Part shown: positions 35,502-43,653 of the stretch, one piece after another
Numbering within the stretch: position 1 is the first letter of the stretch
Layout: every line of letters starts with the position of its first letter
Origin: an uncultured Acidimicrobiaceae bacterium
GTDB taxonomy: Bacteria; Actinomycetota; Acidimicrobiia; Acidimicrobiales; RAAP-2
Direction: 5' to 3'
Assembly (NCBI GenBank): GCA_963727955.1
Contig: CAVSII010000006.1
Coordinates: 5,183-69,182 of the forward strand
Length of the DNA stretch: 64,000 nt
Translations under genes and position numbers: made by a program
Notes under the pieces: model-generated
The model's database searches: none
What the model was told of the DNA's origin: nothing
Seen by the model: only the letters and a program-made list of their open reading frames with translations

Positions 35502-36712
35502 CAGCGGCGGGTCACGGTGGTGGGCAGGGCGGCCAGGCCGCGCACGTTGATCGAGTGGACCCGTTGGATGCCCTCCGGGTCGACGTCGTAGGTGGCCACC
35601 CGGTCGACCAGCTCGGCCAGTCCGATGCGGGCTTCCAGCCTGGCCATCGGAGCCCCCATGCAGAAGTGACGACCGCTGCCGAAGCTGACCAGCTTGGAGG
35701 TGTCGCGGTCGAGGTCGTAGCGGTCGGGATCGGGGAACACGGCCTCGTCCCGGTTGGCCGATCCGACCAGAAGGAGGACCCGGTCGCCCTCGGGGATGGT
35801 GGTCCCTTCGATGTGGAGGGGTGTGCGGGCCACCCGCAACAGCATCTGGCTGGAGGTGTCGAAGCGCAGGGTCTCCTCGATCCAGTCGGGGACCCGTTGT
35901 GGCTGGACGAAAGGTGTCGTCCCCTGATCGGGGAAGCGCCAGCCCCAGTACCAGGCGTTGCCCAACAGCTTGGTGGTCGTCTCGTTGCCGGCCACCACCA
36001 TGAGGAAGAGGAACCCGATGATCTCCTCGTCGCTGAGCCGGTCGCCGTCGATCTCCGCCTCCATGAGGGCCGAGGTCAGGTCGTCGCCGGGAGCGGTGCG
36101 CCGCTCGTCCACCATGGACTGGTAGTAGCCGATGAGGGTGAGAGCGGCCTCCATGCCGGCCGGGGGGACGTCGAAGAGCCCGTTCTCCCGGTGCACCACC
36201 AGGTCGGCCAGCCGGCGGATCTCGGGTCGGTCGACGGGCGGGACCCCCACCAGGTCGGAGATCACGTCCATCGGCAGTTTGCCGGCGAAGTCGGCGATGA
36301 AGTCGAAGGTGCCGGCCTCGAGGGCGGCCTCCAGGTGCTCGACGGCGATGGCCCGGATCCTGTCTTCCATCTGGGCCACCTTGGAGGGGGTGAAGCCCTT
36401 GCCCACCAGTGAGCGCATGCGGGTGTGGCGGGGCGGGTCGAGGGCCAGGAAGGACATGAAGCGGTGGGCGTCGGGACCGAAGGCGGAGGGATCGAGGGAC
36501 ACCCCCTGGGCGTTGGAGAAACCGTCCACGTTGCGGAAGGCGGCCAGCACATCGGCGTGCCGGGACAGCGCCCAAAAATCGAGTTCATCGTTCCGGTAGA
36601 CCGGCGCCTCGGCCCGGAGCCGGGCGTAGACCGGATAGGGATCCTCGTGGATCTCGTAGGCGTAGGGGCTGTAGGTGACCGGTTGCCTGTCGGTGACCGT
36701 GGGGGTGGTCAT
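35501..36712 (-). CDS. cyp123: Cytochrome P450, CYP123-like
   Basis: ORF 35501..36712: YEIHEDPYPVYARLRAEAPVYRNDELDFWALSRH...LDPPRHTRMRSLV...FLMVVAGNETTTKLL...ETLRFDTSSQ...FGSGRHFCMGAPMARLEA. Confidence 0.85.
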   Translation of the reverse strand: MTTPTVTDRQPVTYSPYAYEIHEDPYPVYARLRAEAPVYRNDELDFWALSRHADVLAAFRNVDGFSNAQGVSLDPSAFGPDAHRFMSFLALDPPRHTRMRSLVGKGFTPSKVAQMEDRIRAIAVEHLEAALEAGTFDFIADFAGKLPMDVISDLVGVPPVDRPEIRRLADLVVHRENGLFDVPPAGMEAALTLIGYYQSMVDERRTAPGDDLTSALMEAEIDGDRLSDEEIIGFLFLMVVAGNETTTKLLGNAWYWGWRFPDQGTTPFVQPQRVPDWIEETLRFDTSSQMLLRVARTPLHIEGTTIPEGDRVLLLVGSANRDEAVFPDPDRYDLDRDTSKLVSFGSGRHFCMGAPMARLEARIGLAELVDRVATYDVDPEGIQRVHSINVRGLAALPTTVTRR

Positions 36713-37389
36713 GGCCGGCCACCGTCGACCCCGGTGGCCCTCGACTTGCCGTCGACTGACCCTCTTGTCGACGTTCCGTCGACTGACCTTGCTGTCGACT
36801 TACCGTCGACCATGATCTCCGCCGCCGCCGCCATCAGCCGGGGGATGTCGTCGAAGGGCATGTGACCGGTGCCTGCGGCCAGCAGCGAACCGGAAAAGGA
36901 GGTCTCGAGCACCCGGACCACCAACGGATCGGCGTCGGCCCCGACCACCGCGGCCAGCCGCCGGTGGATCTGGGCGCCGATCCTGTCGCGCAGGTGCTTG
37001 ACGTCGGGATTGGCGCTGAGCAGGGCCACGGTGCAGGCATCGACCAGGGCCGGGCTCTGGGTGGTGAACAGCACCATGTCCCGCACGGCGTCGGTGAGCC
37101 GCTCGGCCAGCGACCGTCCTCCCGGTCCCTCCACCGGCGGGAGGGCCTGCATGTTCCGCCACAGCACCTCGGCCAGCAGATGGTCCTTGGAGCTGAAGTA
37201 GTTGTAGGCCGTGGCCGGGGCCACACCGGCCCGGCGGGCCACACTGCGCACGGTCAACCCGGCGTAACCGACCTCGACGATCTCATCGCTGGTGGCCTGC
37301 ACCAGCAGCAGGACCACCTCGGCCTGCCGGGGGCTCAGCCGGCGCCGGGTGGCCTCCAGCGAAGCGGGGGGAGCGGCGGTGTCCGGCAT
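36709..37389 (-). CDS. TetR/AcrR family transcriptional regulator with repeat-encoded C-terminal tail
   Basis: ORF 36709..37389. HTH: GYAGLTVRSVARRAGVAPATAYNYFSSKDHLL. The last ~33 aa (MVDGKSTARSVDGTSTRGSVDGKSRATGVDGGRP) are encoded by the 27-bp repeat. The stop overlaps the cyp123 ATG (ATGA). Confidence 0.85.
   Translation of the reverse strand: MPDTAAPPASLEATRRRLSPRQAEVVLLLVQATSDEIVEVGYAGLTVRSVARRAGVAPATAYNYFSSKDHLLAEVLWRNMQALPPVEGPGGRSLAERLTDAVRDMVLFTTQSPALVDACTVALLSANPDVKHLRDRIGAQIHRRLAAVVGADADPLVVRVLETSFSGSLLAAGTGHMPFDDIPRLMAAAAEIMVDGKSTARSVDGTSTRGSVDGKSRATGVDGGRP
36718..36813. repeat. 27-bp GTCGAC-core tandem repeat, ~3.4 copies, in frame at the 3' end of the TetR gene
   Basis: Coding (minus) strand: atg GTCGACGGTAAGTCGACAGCAAGGTCA GTCGACGGAACGTCGACAAGAGGGTCA GTCGACGGCAAGTCGAGGGCCACCGGG GTCGACGGTGGC. 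Confidence 0.8.
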
Positions 37390-37392
37390 GGT

Positions 37393-38145
37393 TCAGTGAC
37401 CGGTGGTGGCTGCCGGAATGTGCGGCGTCCCGTCTCGCATGGGGGGGAAGGCGAAGGTGGCCGCCGTGGTCATCTTGGTAACCGCCGTGATGTCGGCCTC
37501 GGGCAGCGTCTCGTTGTCGTCGTCGATGAACAGTTCCCACCGGCAATGCGGAGCGCGGTCGTTCGGGACCCGGGGCGGACGGTGGACGTGCCGCACGTGG
37601 GCCTTGGGATTGATGGCCTGGGCGGTCACGTCGAAGGTGCCGTCCTCGATGTGATGGCACATGCCCGTCACCATCTTGTCGCCCCAGGGCTCGGCGTCCA
37701 TGAGGGCGCCGCAGTAGGCCAGCTCGAAATAGCCGTGCTTGGCGTCGACCACCTCGTAGCGGACGTCGAGGTAGTGGTGGGGGAACCCGGGGTCGAGTTG
37801 GAAGACCTTGAAGATGGCTTCGACATCGTCGCCTTCGACCCCCATGATCTGGCGCAGCCGCTGTCCGTAGACCGGGCTGGCCCCGCGCCATTCCTCGATG
37901 GCCAGTCGTTCCATCTCCTCCATGCCGTGGGACATGCCGATGGCCGCGCACATCGAACGGTCGAGGATGTGCACAGCCTGGGCGTACTCGCGCACCAGCC
38001 GGACCAGGGCGGCGCGGGAGAGGTCCTCGTAGCGGAAGTCGGCCTGGAACGGTCCCGAATAGTCGGCCAGACCCTCGTCGTCCCCACGGTCTCTGTCTTG
38101 GTTCCCGCCCACGGCCGGTGTCCCCTCCTCTTTGCCGCTGTGCAT
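37393..38145 (-). CDS. Conserved-looking hypothetical protein; first gene of the P450 operon
   Basis: In-frame ATG 38145 in ORF 37393..39114: MHSGKEEGTPAVGGNQDRDRGDDEGLADYSGPFQADFRYEDLSRAALVRLVREYAQAVHILDRSMCAAIGM...YFELAYCGALMDAEPWGDKMVTGMCHHIEDGTFD...HCRWELFIDDD. The coding character is good. I do not recognise the family. Confidence 0.55.
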   Translation of the reverse strand: MHSGKEEGTPAVGGNQDRDRGDDEGLADYSGPFQADFRYEDLSRAALVRLVREYAQAVHILDRSMCAAIGMSHGMEEMERLAIEEWRGASPVYGQRLRQIMGVEGDDVEAIFKVFQLDPGFPHHYLDVRYEVVDAKHGYFELAYCGALMDAEPWGDKMVTGMCHHIEDGTFDVTAQAINPKAHVRHVHRPPRVPNDRAPHCRWELFIDDDNETLPEADITAVTKMTTAATFAFPPMRDGTPHIPAATTGH

Positions 38146-38149
38146 GGGT

Positions 38150-38163
38150 TGGACTATAGTCCA
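38150..38163. promoter_or_regulatory. Perfect 14-bp palindrome TGGACTATAGTCCA with a central TATAGT on both strands: candidate TetR operator overlapping the divergent -10 elements
   Basis: Read directly. On the minus strand the sequence is TATAGT-ccaaccc-ATG(38145). This is the same 7-nt spacing as at imuA', so the P450 operon looks leaderless. On the plus strand it lies ~170 nt upstream of GTG 38332. Confidence 0.5.
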
Positions 38164-38331
38164 GACACCTGTCCAAGTACAGCGCCGGTTGTGTCGAGCG
38201 CTCGTGCCGGGGGACGGCGCCGGCATGCCGGGCCGACCGCGGCGGGGCCACCGATCAACGCCGTGGTGACGCGGCGCGGGACAGGTGGCATCATCACCCG
38301 GCGACCAAGGACGACGACAGGGGGAGACCGA

Positions 38332-39231
38332 GTGCCCGACGCAGCAGCTTCTGCAACCACCGACCCCGGCCCCGGCCCGGTGGTCGGGGTCATCGGCCTC
38401 GGGGCCATCGGCGACGGTGTGGCCACCAGCGTGCTGCGTGCTCTGCTTCCCTTGGTGGTCTGTGACGTGCGCAGCGAGGCCACCGACGCCTACCGCGACC
38501 GTGCCCTGGTGGCCGCCTCGCCGGCCGACCTGGTGGGCCAAGCCGACGTGGTGGTGGTGGCCGTGGTCAACGACCAGCAGGTGCACGCCGTGTTGTCCGG
38601 ACCCCACGGCGGGCTGGCCGCCGCCGACCCGGACACCACCGTCATCGTGGTGTCGACCATTTCGGCGTCGTGCGTGGCCGCCATCGGGGCCGAGGCCGCC
38701 GCTCTGGGCGTGCCCGTCCTCGACTGCGGGGTGACCGGGGGTCCGGCCGCCGCCGCCGGCGGGGACCTGGTGTGCATGGTGGGCGGGGACCCGGCCGTCA
38801 TCGAGCGGGCCGGGCCGGTGTTCGACGCCATCAGCTCTCTGACCCTGACCATGGGACCGTTCGGGACGGGCCTGGCCGCCAAGCTGGCCCGCAATCTGAT
38901 CACCTACGGCTCGTGGCTGGCCGCCCAGGAGGGCCAGCAGCTGGCCGAGGCGGCCGGCGTCCCGCTGGACCGGCTGGCCGAAGCGGTCAGAGCCAGCGAC
39001 GTCCACATCGGTGGGGCCTCCCGGCTCATGTTCCGGTCGACGGCGGCCCCCTTCACCTCCGAGGACGACCGGGGACTGGTCGGCGCCATGCAGGCCGGGG
39101 CCGATCTGGCCCACAAGGACCTGCGGGCCGCTCTGGATCTGGCCGACGCCCTCGGGGTCGACCTCCCCCTGGCCGTCATGACCGAGGAACGCACCGATGA
39201 GATCTTCGGCGTGGGCGGATCGCTGTCGTGA
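38332..39231 (+). CDS. NAD(P)-dependent oxidoreductase, 3-hydroxyisobutyrate/6-phosphogluconate dehydrogenase-like
   Basis: GTG 38332 (SD GGGGAGA) is in frame with ORF 36862..39231: VVGVIGLGAIGDGVATSVL...VVVVAVVNDQQV...LDCGVTGGPAAAAGGDLVCMVGG...GTGLAAKLARNLI. Confidence 0.8.
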   Translation: MPDAAASATTDPGPGPVVGVIGLGAIGDGVATSVLRALLPLVVCDVRSEATDAYRDRALVAASPADLVGQADVVVVAVVNDQQVHAVLSGPHGGLAAADPDTTVIVVSTISASCVAAIGAEAAALGVPVLDCGVTGGPAAAAGGDLVCMVGGDPAVIERAGPVFDAISSLTLTMGPFGTGLAAKLARNLITYGSWLAAQEGQQLAEAAGVPLDRLAEAVRASDVHIGGASRLMFRSTAAPFTSEDDRGLVGAMQAGADLAHKDLRAALDLADALGVDLPLAVMTEERTDEIFGVGGSLS

Positions 39232-40703
39232 CCGCCGTCACCCCGGTGGCGGGGGAGGAGCGCATGCTCATCGACGGCCACATGCGGCCGGCCCGTTCCG
39301 GACGGACCTTCGCGGTAGTCAACCCGGCCACCGAGGAGACCATCGGTGTGGTGGCCGACGGCGGGCCCGAGGACCTCGACGACGCCGTCGCCGCCGCCCG
39401 CCGCGCCTTCGACCGGGCCGACTGGTCCACCGACGTGGCCCTGCGGGTGCGCTGTCTCCGACAGCTGCAGGCCGCCTTCGGTGCCCACGCCGAGGAGCTG
39501 CGGGCCATGACGGTGGCCGAGACGGGCTCCCCCCTCTCCTTTACCTACTCGGCCCAGCTCGACGCCCCCGTCGAGGGTCTGGGATGGGTGGCCGACCTGG
39601 CCGAGGGCTACCCGTGGGAGACCGACCTCGGGGACGCCTCGCCCATGGGCATCCCGTCGCACCGCTGGGTTCGCCGCGAGGCCACCGGTGTGGTGGGGGC
39701 CATCACCCCGTGGAACGTCCCCCACCAGATCAACCTGGCCAAGTTGGGTCCGGCGCTGGCCGCCGGCAACACCGTCGTCCTCAAGCCGGCGCCGGACACA
39801 CCCTGGTGCGCCACCGTGCTCGGTCGTCTCATCGCCGAGGAGACCGACATCCCGCCGGGTGTGGTCAACATCGTCCCCTCGTCCGAGCACACGGTGGGTG
39901 CGCTGCTGGCGGCCGATCCCCGGGTGGACCAGATCAGCTTTACCGGCTCCACCGCCACCGGAAAGGCGGTCATGACGTCGGCCGCTGACTCGCTCAAGAA
40001 GGTGTTCCTGGAGCTGGGGGGGAAGTCGGCCTTCGTCATCCTGGACGACGCCGACCTGCGGGGGGCCTGCGCCACCGCCGCCTTCACCGTGTGCACCCAT
40101 GCCGGGCAGGGCTGCGCCATCACCACCCGCCTGCTCGTCCCCCGGCGCCAGTTCGACGAGGCGGTGGAATCGACGGCCAAGGTCATGGGCAAGCTGCCGG
40201 CCGGGGACCCCACCGACCCGGGCACCATCTGCGGGCCGCTGATCAGTGCCCGCCAGCGCCAAAGGGTCGAGGGGTACCTGGCCCTGGCTCTGGACGAGGG
40301 CGGCACGGTGGTCCTCGGCGGCGGACGTCCCGAGGGGTTCGACCGCGGCTTCTTCGTCGAGCCCACCCTCATCGTCGGGGTGGACAACCGGGCCCGGGTG
40401 GCCCAGGAGGAGATCTTCGGGCCGGTGCTGGTGGTCATCCCCCACGACGGCGACGACGACGCCGTGCGGCTGGCCAACGACTCGGACTACGGGTTGTCCG
40501 GCTCGGTGTGGTCGACCGACCGCGGCCGGGCCGTCGACGTGGCCGGCCGCATCCGCACCGGTACCGTCGGGATCAACGGCGGTCTGTGGTTCAGCCCCGA
40601 CGTCCCCTTCGGCGGCTACAAGCAGTCGGGCCTCGGACGCGAGTCGGGCCGGGCCGGCTTCGAGGAATACCTCGAGACCAAGTCGATGGCCGAACCGGCG
40701 TGA
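39228..40703 (+). CDS. NAD-dependent aldehyde dehydrogenase
   Basis: ORF 39228..40703: GVVGAITPWNVPHQINLAKLGPALAAGNTVVLKPAPDTPW...FLELGGKSAFVIL...HAGQGCAITTRLLVP...EEIFGPVLVVIPH. GTGA overlap with the upstream gene. Confidence 0.9.
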   Translation: MTAVTPVAGEERMLIDGHMRPARSGRTFAVVNPATEETIGVVADGGPEDLDDAVAAARRAFDRADWSTDVALRVRCLRQLQAAFGAHAEELRAMTVAETGSPLSFTYSAQLDAPVEGLGWVADLAEGYPWETDLGDASPMGIPSHRWVRREATGVVGAITPWNVPHQINLAKLGPALAAGNTVVLKPAPDTPWCATVLGRLIAEETDIPPGVVNIVPSSEHTVGALLAADPRVDQISFTGSTATGKAVMTSAADSLKKVFLELGGKSAFVILDDADLRGACATAAFTVCTHAGQGCAITTRLLVPRRQFDEAVESTAKVMGKLPAGDPTDPGTICGPLISARQRQRVEGYLALALDEGGTVVLGGGRPEGFDRGFFVEPTLIVGVDNRARVAQEEIFGPVLVVIPHDGDDDAVRLANDSDYGLSGSVWSTDRGRAVDVAGRIRTGTVGINGGLWFSPDVPFGGYKQSGLGRESGRAGFEEYLETKSMAEPA

Positions 40704-40811
40704 CCGGCGCGGTGGATGGCGACATGACCCGTGTCGTCGAGCCTGTGCTGTGAATGCGATCCTGTGCCGTCGACCGGCCTGTACCGAAAACGTGAATAGG
40801 AGAGTGGACCG

Positions 40812-41210
40812 ATGAGCGAGGACGACACGACGGGGGAGAGGGAATCCTCCCGGGTCCGGGGCATGGCCAAAATGGAGGAGGTCTACGGGTTTTCGGTCGA
40901 CCCCGACCAGATCGAGGGCCCCTACGTCGACTTCACCGTCGACCACCTGTTCGGTCAGGTGTGGACGCGGACGGCGCTCGGCACCCGTGACCGCCGGCTC
41001 ATGACCATCGGGGTGCTGGCCGCCCTCAACCAACCCCAGCTGGTGGAGATCCAGTTCCGTTCCGCCCTCGAGCGCGACGAGCTGACCGAGGAGCAGGTGC
41101 GGGAGACCGTGCTCCACCTGGCCCACTACATCGGATGGCCGCTGTCCACCGATATCAACGCCGTGGCCGAAAAGGTCATCGCCCAGCGTCGCCGGGACGG
41201 TGCTTCGTGA
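40812..41210 (+). CDS. Carboxymuconolactone decarboxylase (CMD/AhpD-like) family protein
   Basis: ORF 40812..41210: VDHLFGQVWTRTALGTRDRRLMTIGVLAALNQPQLVEIQFRSALERDELTEEQVRETVLHLAHYIGWP. Confidence 0.8.
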   Translation: MSEDDTTGERESSRVRGMAKMEEVYGFSVDPDQIEGPYVDFTVDHLFGQVWTRTALGTRDRRLMTIGVLAALNQPQLVEIQFRSALERDELTEEQVRETVLHLAHYIGWPLSTDINAVAEKVIAQRRRDGAS

Positions 41211-42001
41211 GCGGGTCGGATAACGCGGGATCTGATCACTCGATGGTCCACTTCGACTTCACCGGCAAGGTGGCCATCGTCACCGGCGCCGGCGGTGGGA
41301 TCGGTCAGGCCTACGCCGAGGCCCTGGCCGCGGCGGGCGCCTCGGTGGTGGTGGCCGACATCGCCGGCGACAACGCCGTCGCCGTGGCCGAGGGGATCAC
41401 CGCCACGGGAGGGACAGCCCTGGCCGTCACCACCGACGTGGCCGACACCGGGTCGGCCGAGGCCCTGGCCGCCCGTACCGTCGAGCGGTTCGGGGGCATC
41501 GACTACCTGGTCAACAACGCCGCCATCTTCGGAGGGATGAAGCTGGACCTGCTCATCACCGTCGACTGGGAGTACCTCAACCGGTTCCTGTCGGTCAACA
41601 TGCTGGGCGCCCTCAACTGCGTCCGGGCCTGCTACCCGGCCCTCAAAGAAGGCGGCGGCGGGGCCATCGTGAACCAGTCCTCCACCGCCGCCTACCTCTA
41701 CGCCGGCTTCTACGGGCTGGCCAAAGCCGGGGTCAACTCCATCACCCAGCAGCTGGCCCACGAGCTCGGTGGCAACAACATCCGGGTCAACGCCATCGCC
41801 CCGGGGCCCATCGACACCGAGGCCTCCCGCAACGTCGTCCCCGACGTCTTCCTCAAGCCCATCCTCGACTCGCTGGCCCTCAAACGCCAGGGGGAGACGG
41901 CCGACCTGGTGGGCATGTGCCTCTTCCTCCTGTCCGACGCCGCTTCGTGGATGACCGGGCACATCGTCAACGTGGACGGCGGCCAGGTGTTCCGGGCGTG
42001 A
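41207..42001 (+). CDS. SDR family oxidoreductase
   Basis: Frame of ORF 41135..42001. GTG 41207 overlaps the CMD stop (GTGA); the alternative start is ATG 41243. Sequence: GKVAIVTGAGGGIGQAYAEALAAAGASVVVAD...LVNNAA...YGLAKAGVNSITQQLAHEL...NAIAPGPIDT. Confidence 0.85.
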   Translation: MSGSDNAGSDHSMVHFDFTGKVAIVTGAGGGIGQAYAEALAAAGASVVVADIAGDNAVAVAEGITATGGTALAVTTDVADTGSAEALAARTVERFGGIDYLVNNAAIFGGMKLDLLITVDWEYLNRFLSVNMLGALNCVRACYPALKEGGGGAIVNQSSTAAYLYAGFYGLAKAGVNSITQQLAHELGGNNIRVNAIAPGPIDTEASRNVVPDVFLKPILDSLALKRQGETADLVGMCLFLLSDAASWMTGHIVNVDGGQVFRA

Positions 42002-42762
42002 GCGGCCAGCGGGTCGGCGTGGAGGACGACGCCGGTGTCCGGTTGATCGTCTTCGACCGTCCCGAGGTGGCCAACGCCTTCGACGCGGCCATGTACCGAG
42101 CGGTGACCGAGGCCCTGGTCGCATCCCTGGCCGACGAGGCGGTGGGGGCGGTGGTCATGACCGGGCGTGGGCAGGTCTTCACCGGGGGCCAGGACCTCCG
42201 CGAGATGGCCGCCCTGGCCACCGGGGAGACCTCGGGCGACCAGGGCACCGGCTTCCGGGACCTGCTCGACGTCCTGGTCGCTTTCGACAAGCCGGTGCTG
42301 GCCGCGGTCAACGGCGTGGGGGTGGGACTGGGCTGCACCGTGCTCGGCCACGTGGACCTGGTCCTCATGGACGAGAGGGCAAGGCTGCGGGCCCCATTCG
42401 CCGAGTTGGGGGTTCCGCCCGAGGCGGCCAGCAGTTGGCTGCTGCCCGAGCGGATGGGGTGGCAGCAGGCCGCCGCCCTGCTTCTGGCGTCGGAGTGGAT
42501 CGATGCCGACCAGGCCGTGGCCTGCGGGCTGGCCTTGCGCGCCTGCCCGGCCGGGACGGTGGTCGAAGAGACGTTGACCCTGGCCCGTCGCATCGCCGCT
42601 TTTCCTCCGCACGCCACCCGCCAGATCAAGCGGCTGATGATGGACGGCCGCCGGGGTCCGGTGGTGGCCGCCCGGGAGCGGGAGGAAGCGGCCTTTGCCG
42701 CCCTGTTCGCCGACCCGTTGATCAATCCGGGATCACAGCTGACCGCCGGCCTGGACGGCTGA
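41998..42762 (+). CDS. Enoyl-CoA hydratase/isomerase (crotonase) family protein
   Basis: GTG 41998 (GTGA overlap) is in frame with ORF 41917..42762: VRLIVFDRPEVANAFD...VVMTGRGQVFTGGQDL...PVLAAVNGVGVGLGCTVLGHVDLVLM...FAELGVPPEAASSWLLP. Confidence 0.85.
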   Translation: MSGQRVGVEDDAGVRLIVFDRPEVANAFDAAMYRAVTEALVASLADEAVGAVVMTGRGQVFTGGQDLREMAALATGETSGDQGTGFRDLLDVLVAFDKPVLAAVNGVGVGLGCTVLGHVDLVLMDERARLRAPFAELGVPPEAASSWLLPERMGWQQAAALLLASEWIDADQAVACGLALRACPAGTVVEETLTLARRIAAFPPHATRQIKRLMMDGRRGPVVAAREREEAAFAALFADPLINPGSQLTAGLDG

Positions 42763-42767
42763 GTCCC

Positions 42768-43626
42768 GTGCACCTCGGCGTGACCGCCTTCCTCACCGAT
42801 CGGGACATGTCCCCCGACCGGTTGGCCCGCGCCGTCGAGGAGCGGGGCTTCTTCTCGCTCTACCTCCCCGAGCACACCCACCTGCCGGTCAGCGCCGACA
42901 CCCCACCGGCCCTGGTCGAAGGGGTCGACGTCGAGGACTATCGACGCAGTCTCGACCCGGTGGTGGCCCTGGCCACCGCCGCCGCCGTCACCGACCGCAT
43001 CCTGCTCGGCACCGGCATCCTTCTGGCCGCCCAGCACGATCCGATCGTGTTGGCCAAGCAGCTGGCCACCCTCGATCAGGTGAGCGGGGGACGGGTGGTG
43101 TTCGGGATGGGCTTCGGGTGGAACGCCCAGGAGGCGGCCGACCACGGGGTGGCTTTCGCCGAACGCCGGGCCGTGGCCCGCGAGCACGTGCTCTGCATGC
43201 AGCAGCTGTGGACCGAGGAGCAGGCCGCCTTCCACGGCACCTACGTGTCGATGGGCCCGAGCTGGGCGTGGCCCAAGCCGGTCCAGCAACCCCGGATCCC
43301 CACCCTCATCGGCGGGGGAGCGGGACCGGCGGTTTTCGAGGCGGTGGCCGAGTACGCCGACGGGTGGCTCCCGGTCGGCGGGTCCGGTCTGGCCGACGCC
43401 CTGCCCCGACTTGCGCCGGGCCGTCGAGGAGCGCGGACGCGATCCCGGGGGGGTCAGGGTGGTCCCCTTCGGCACCATCCCTACCGAGGCCAAGCTGTCC
43501 TACTACCAGTCCCAGGGGATCGACGAGGTGGTGTTGCGGGTCCCTTCGGGTGACCCGTCCGCCATGGTGGCCGTGCTCGACGACCACGCCCGGTTCGTCG
43601 ACGGTTTCGGTGATGGCCGTGGCTGA
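42768..43626 (+). pseudogene. LLM-class F420-dependent oxidoreductase, frameshifted near 43405
   Basis: GTG 42768 is in frame with ORF 42435..43553: VHLGVTAFLTDRDMSPDRLARAVEERGFFSLYLPEHTHLP...GFGWNAQEAADHGVAF...LIGGGAGPAVFEAVAEYADGWLPVGGSG. The conserved C-terminus (L)RRAVEERGRDPGGVRVVPFG...GIDEVVLRVP is in the next frame (ORF 43411..43626). The break lies in ctgCCCCgac. Confidence 0.8.
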
Positions 43627-43653
43627 ACCGGACGACTGCACCGGACAAGAGCG

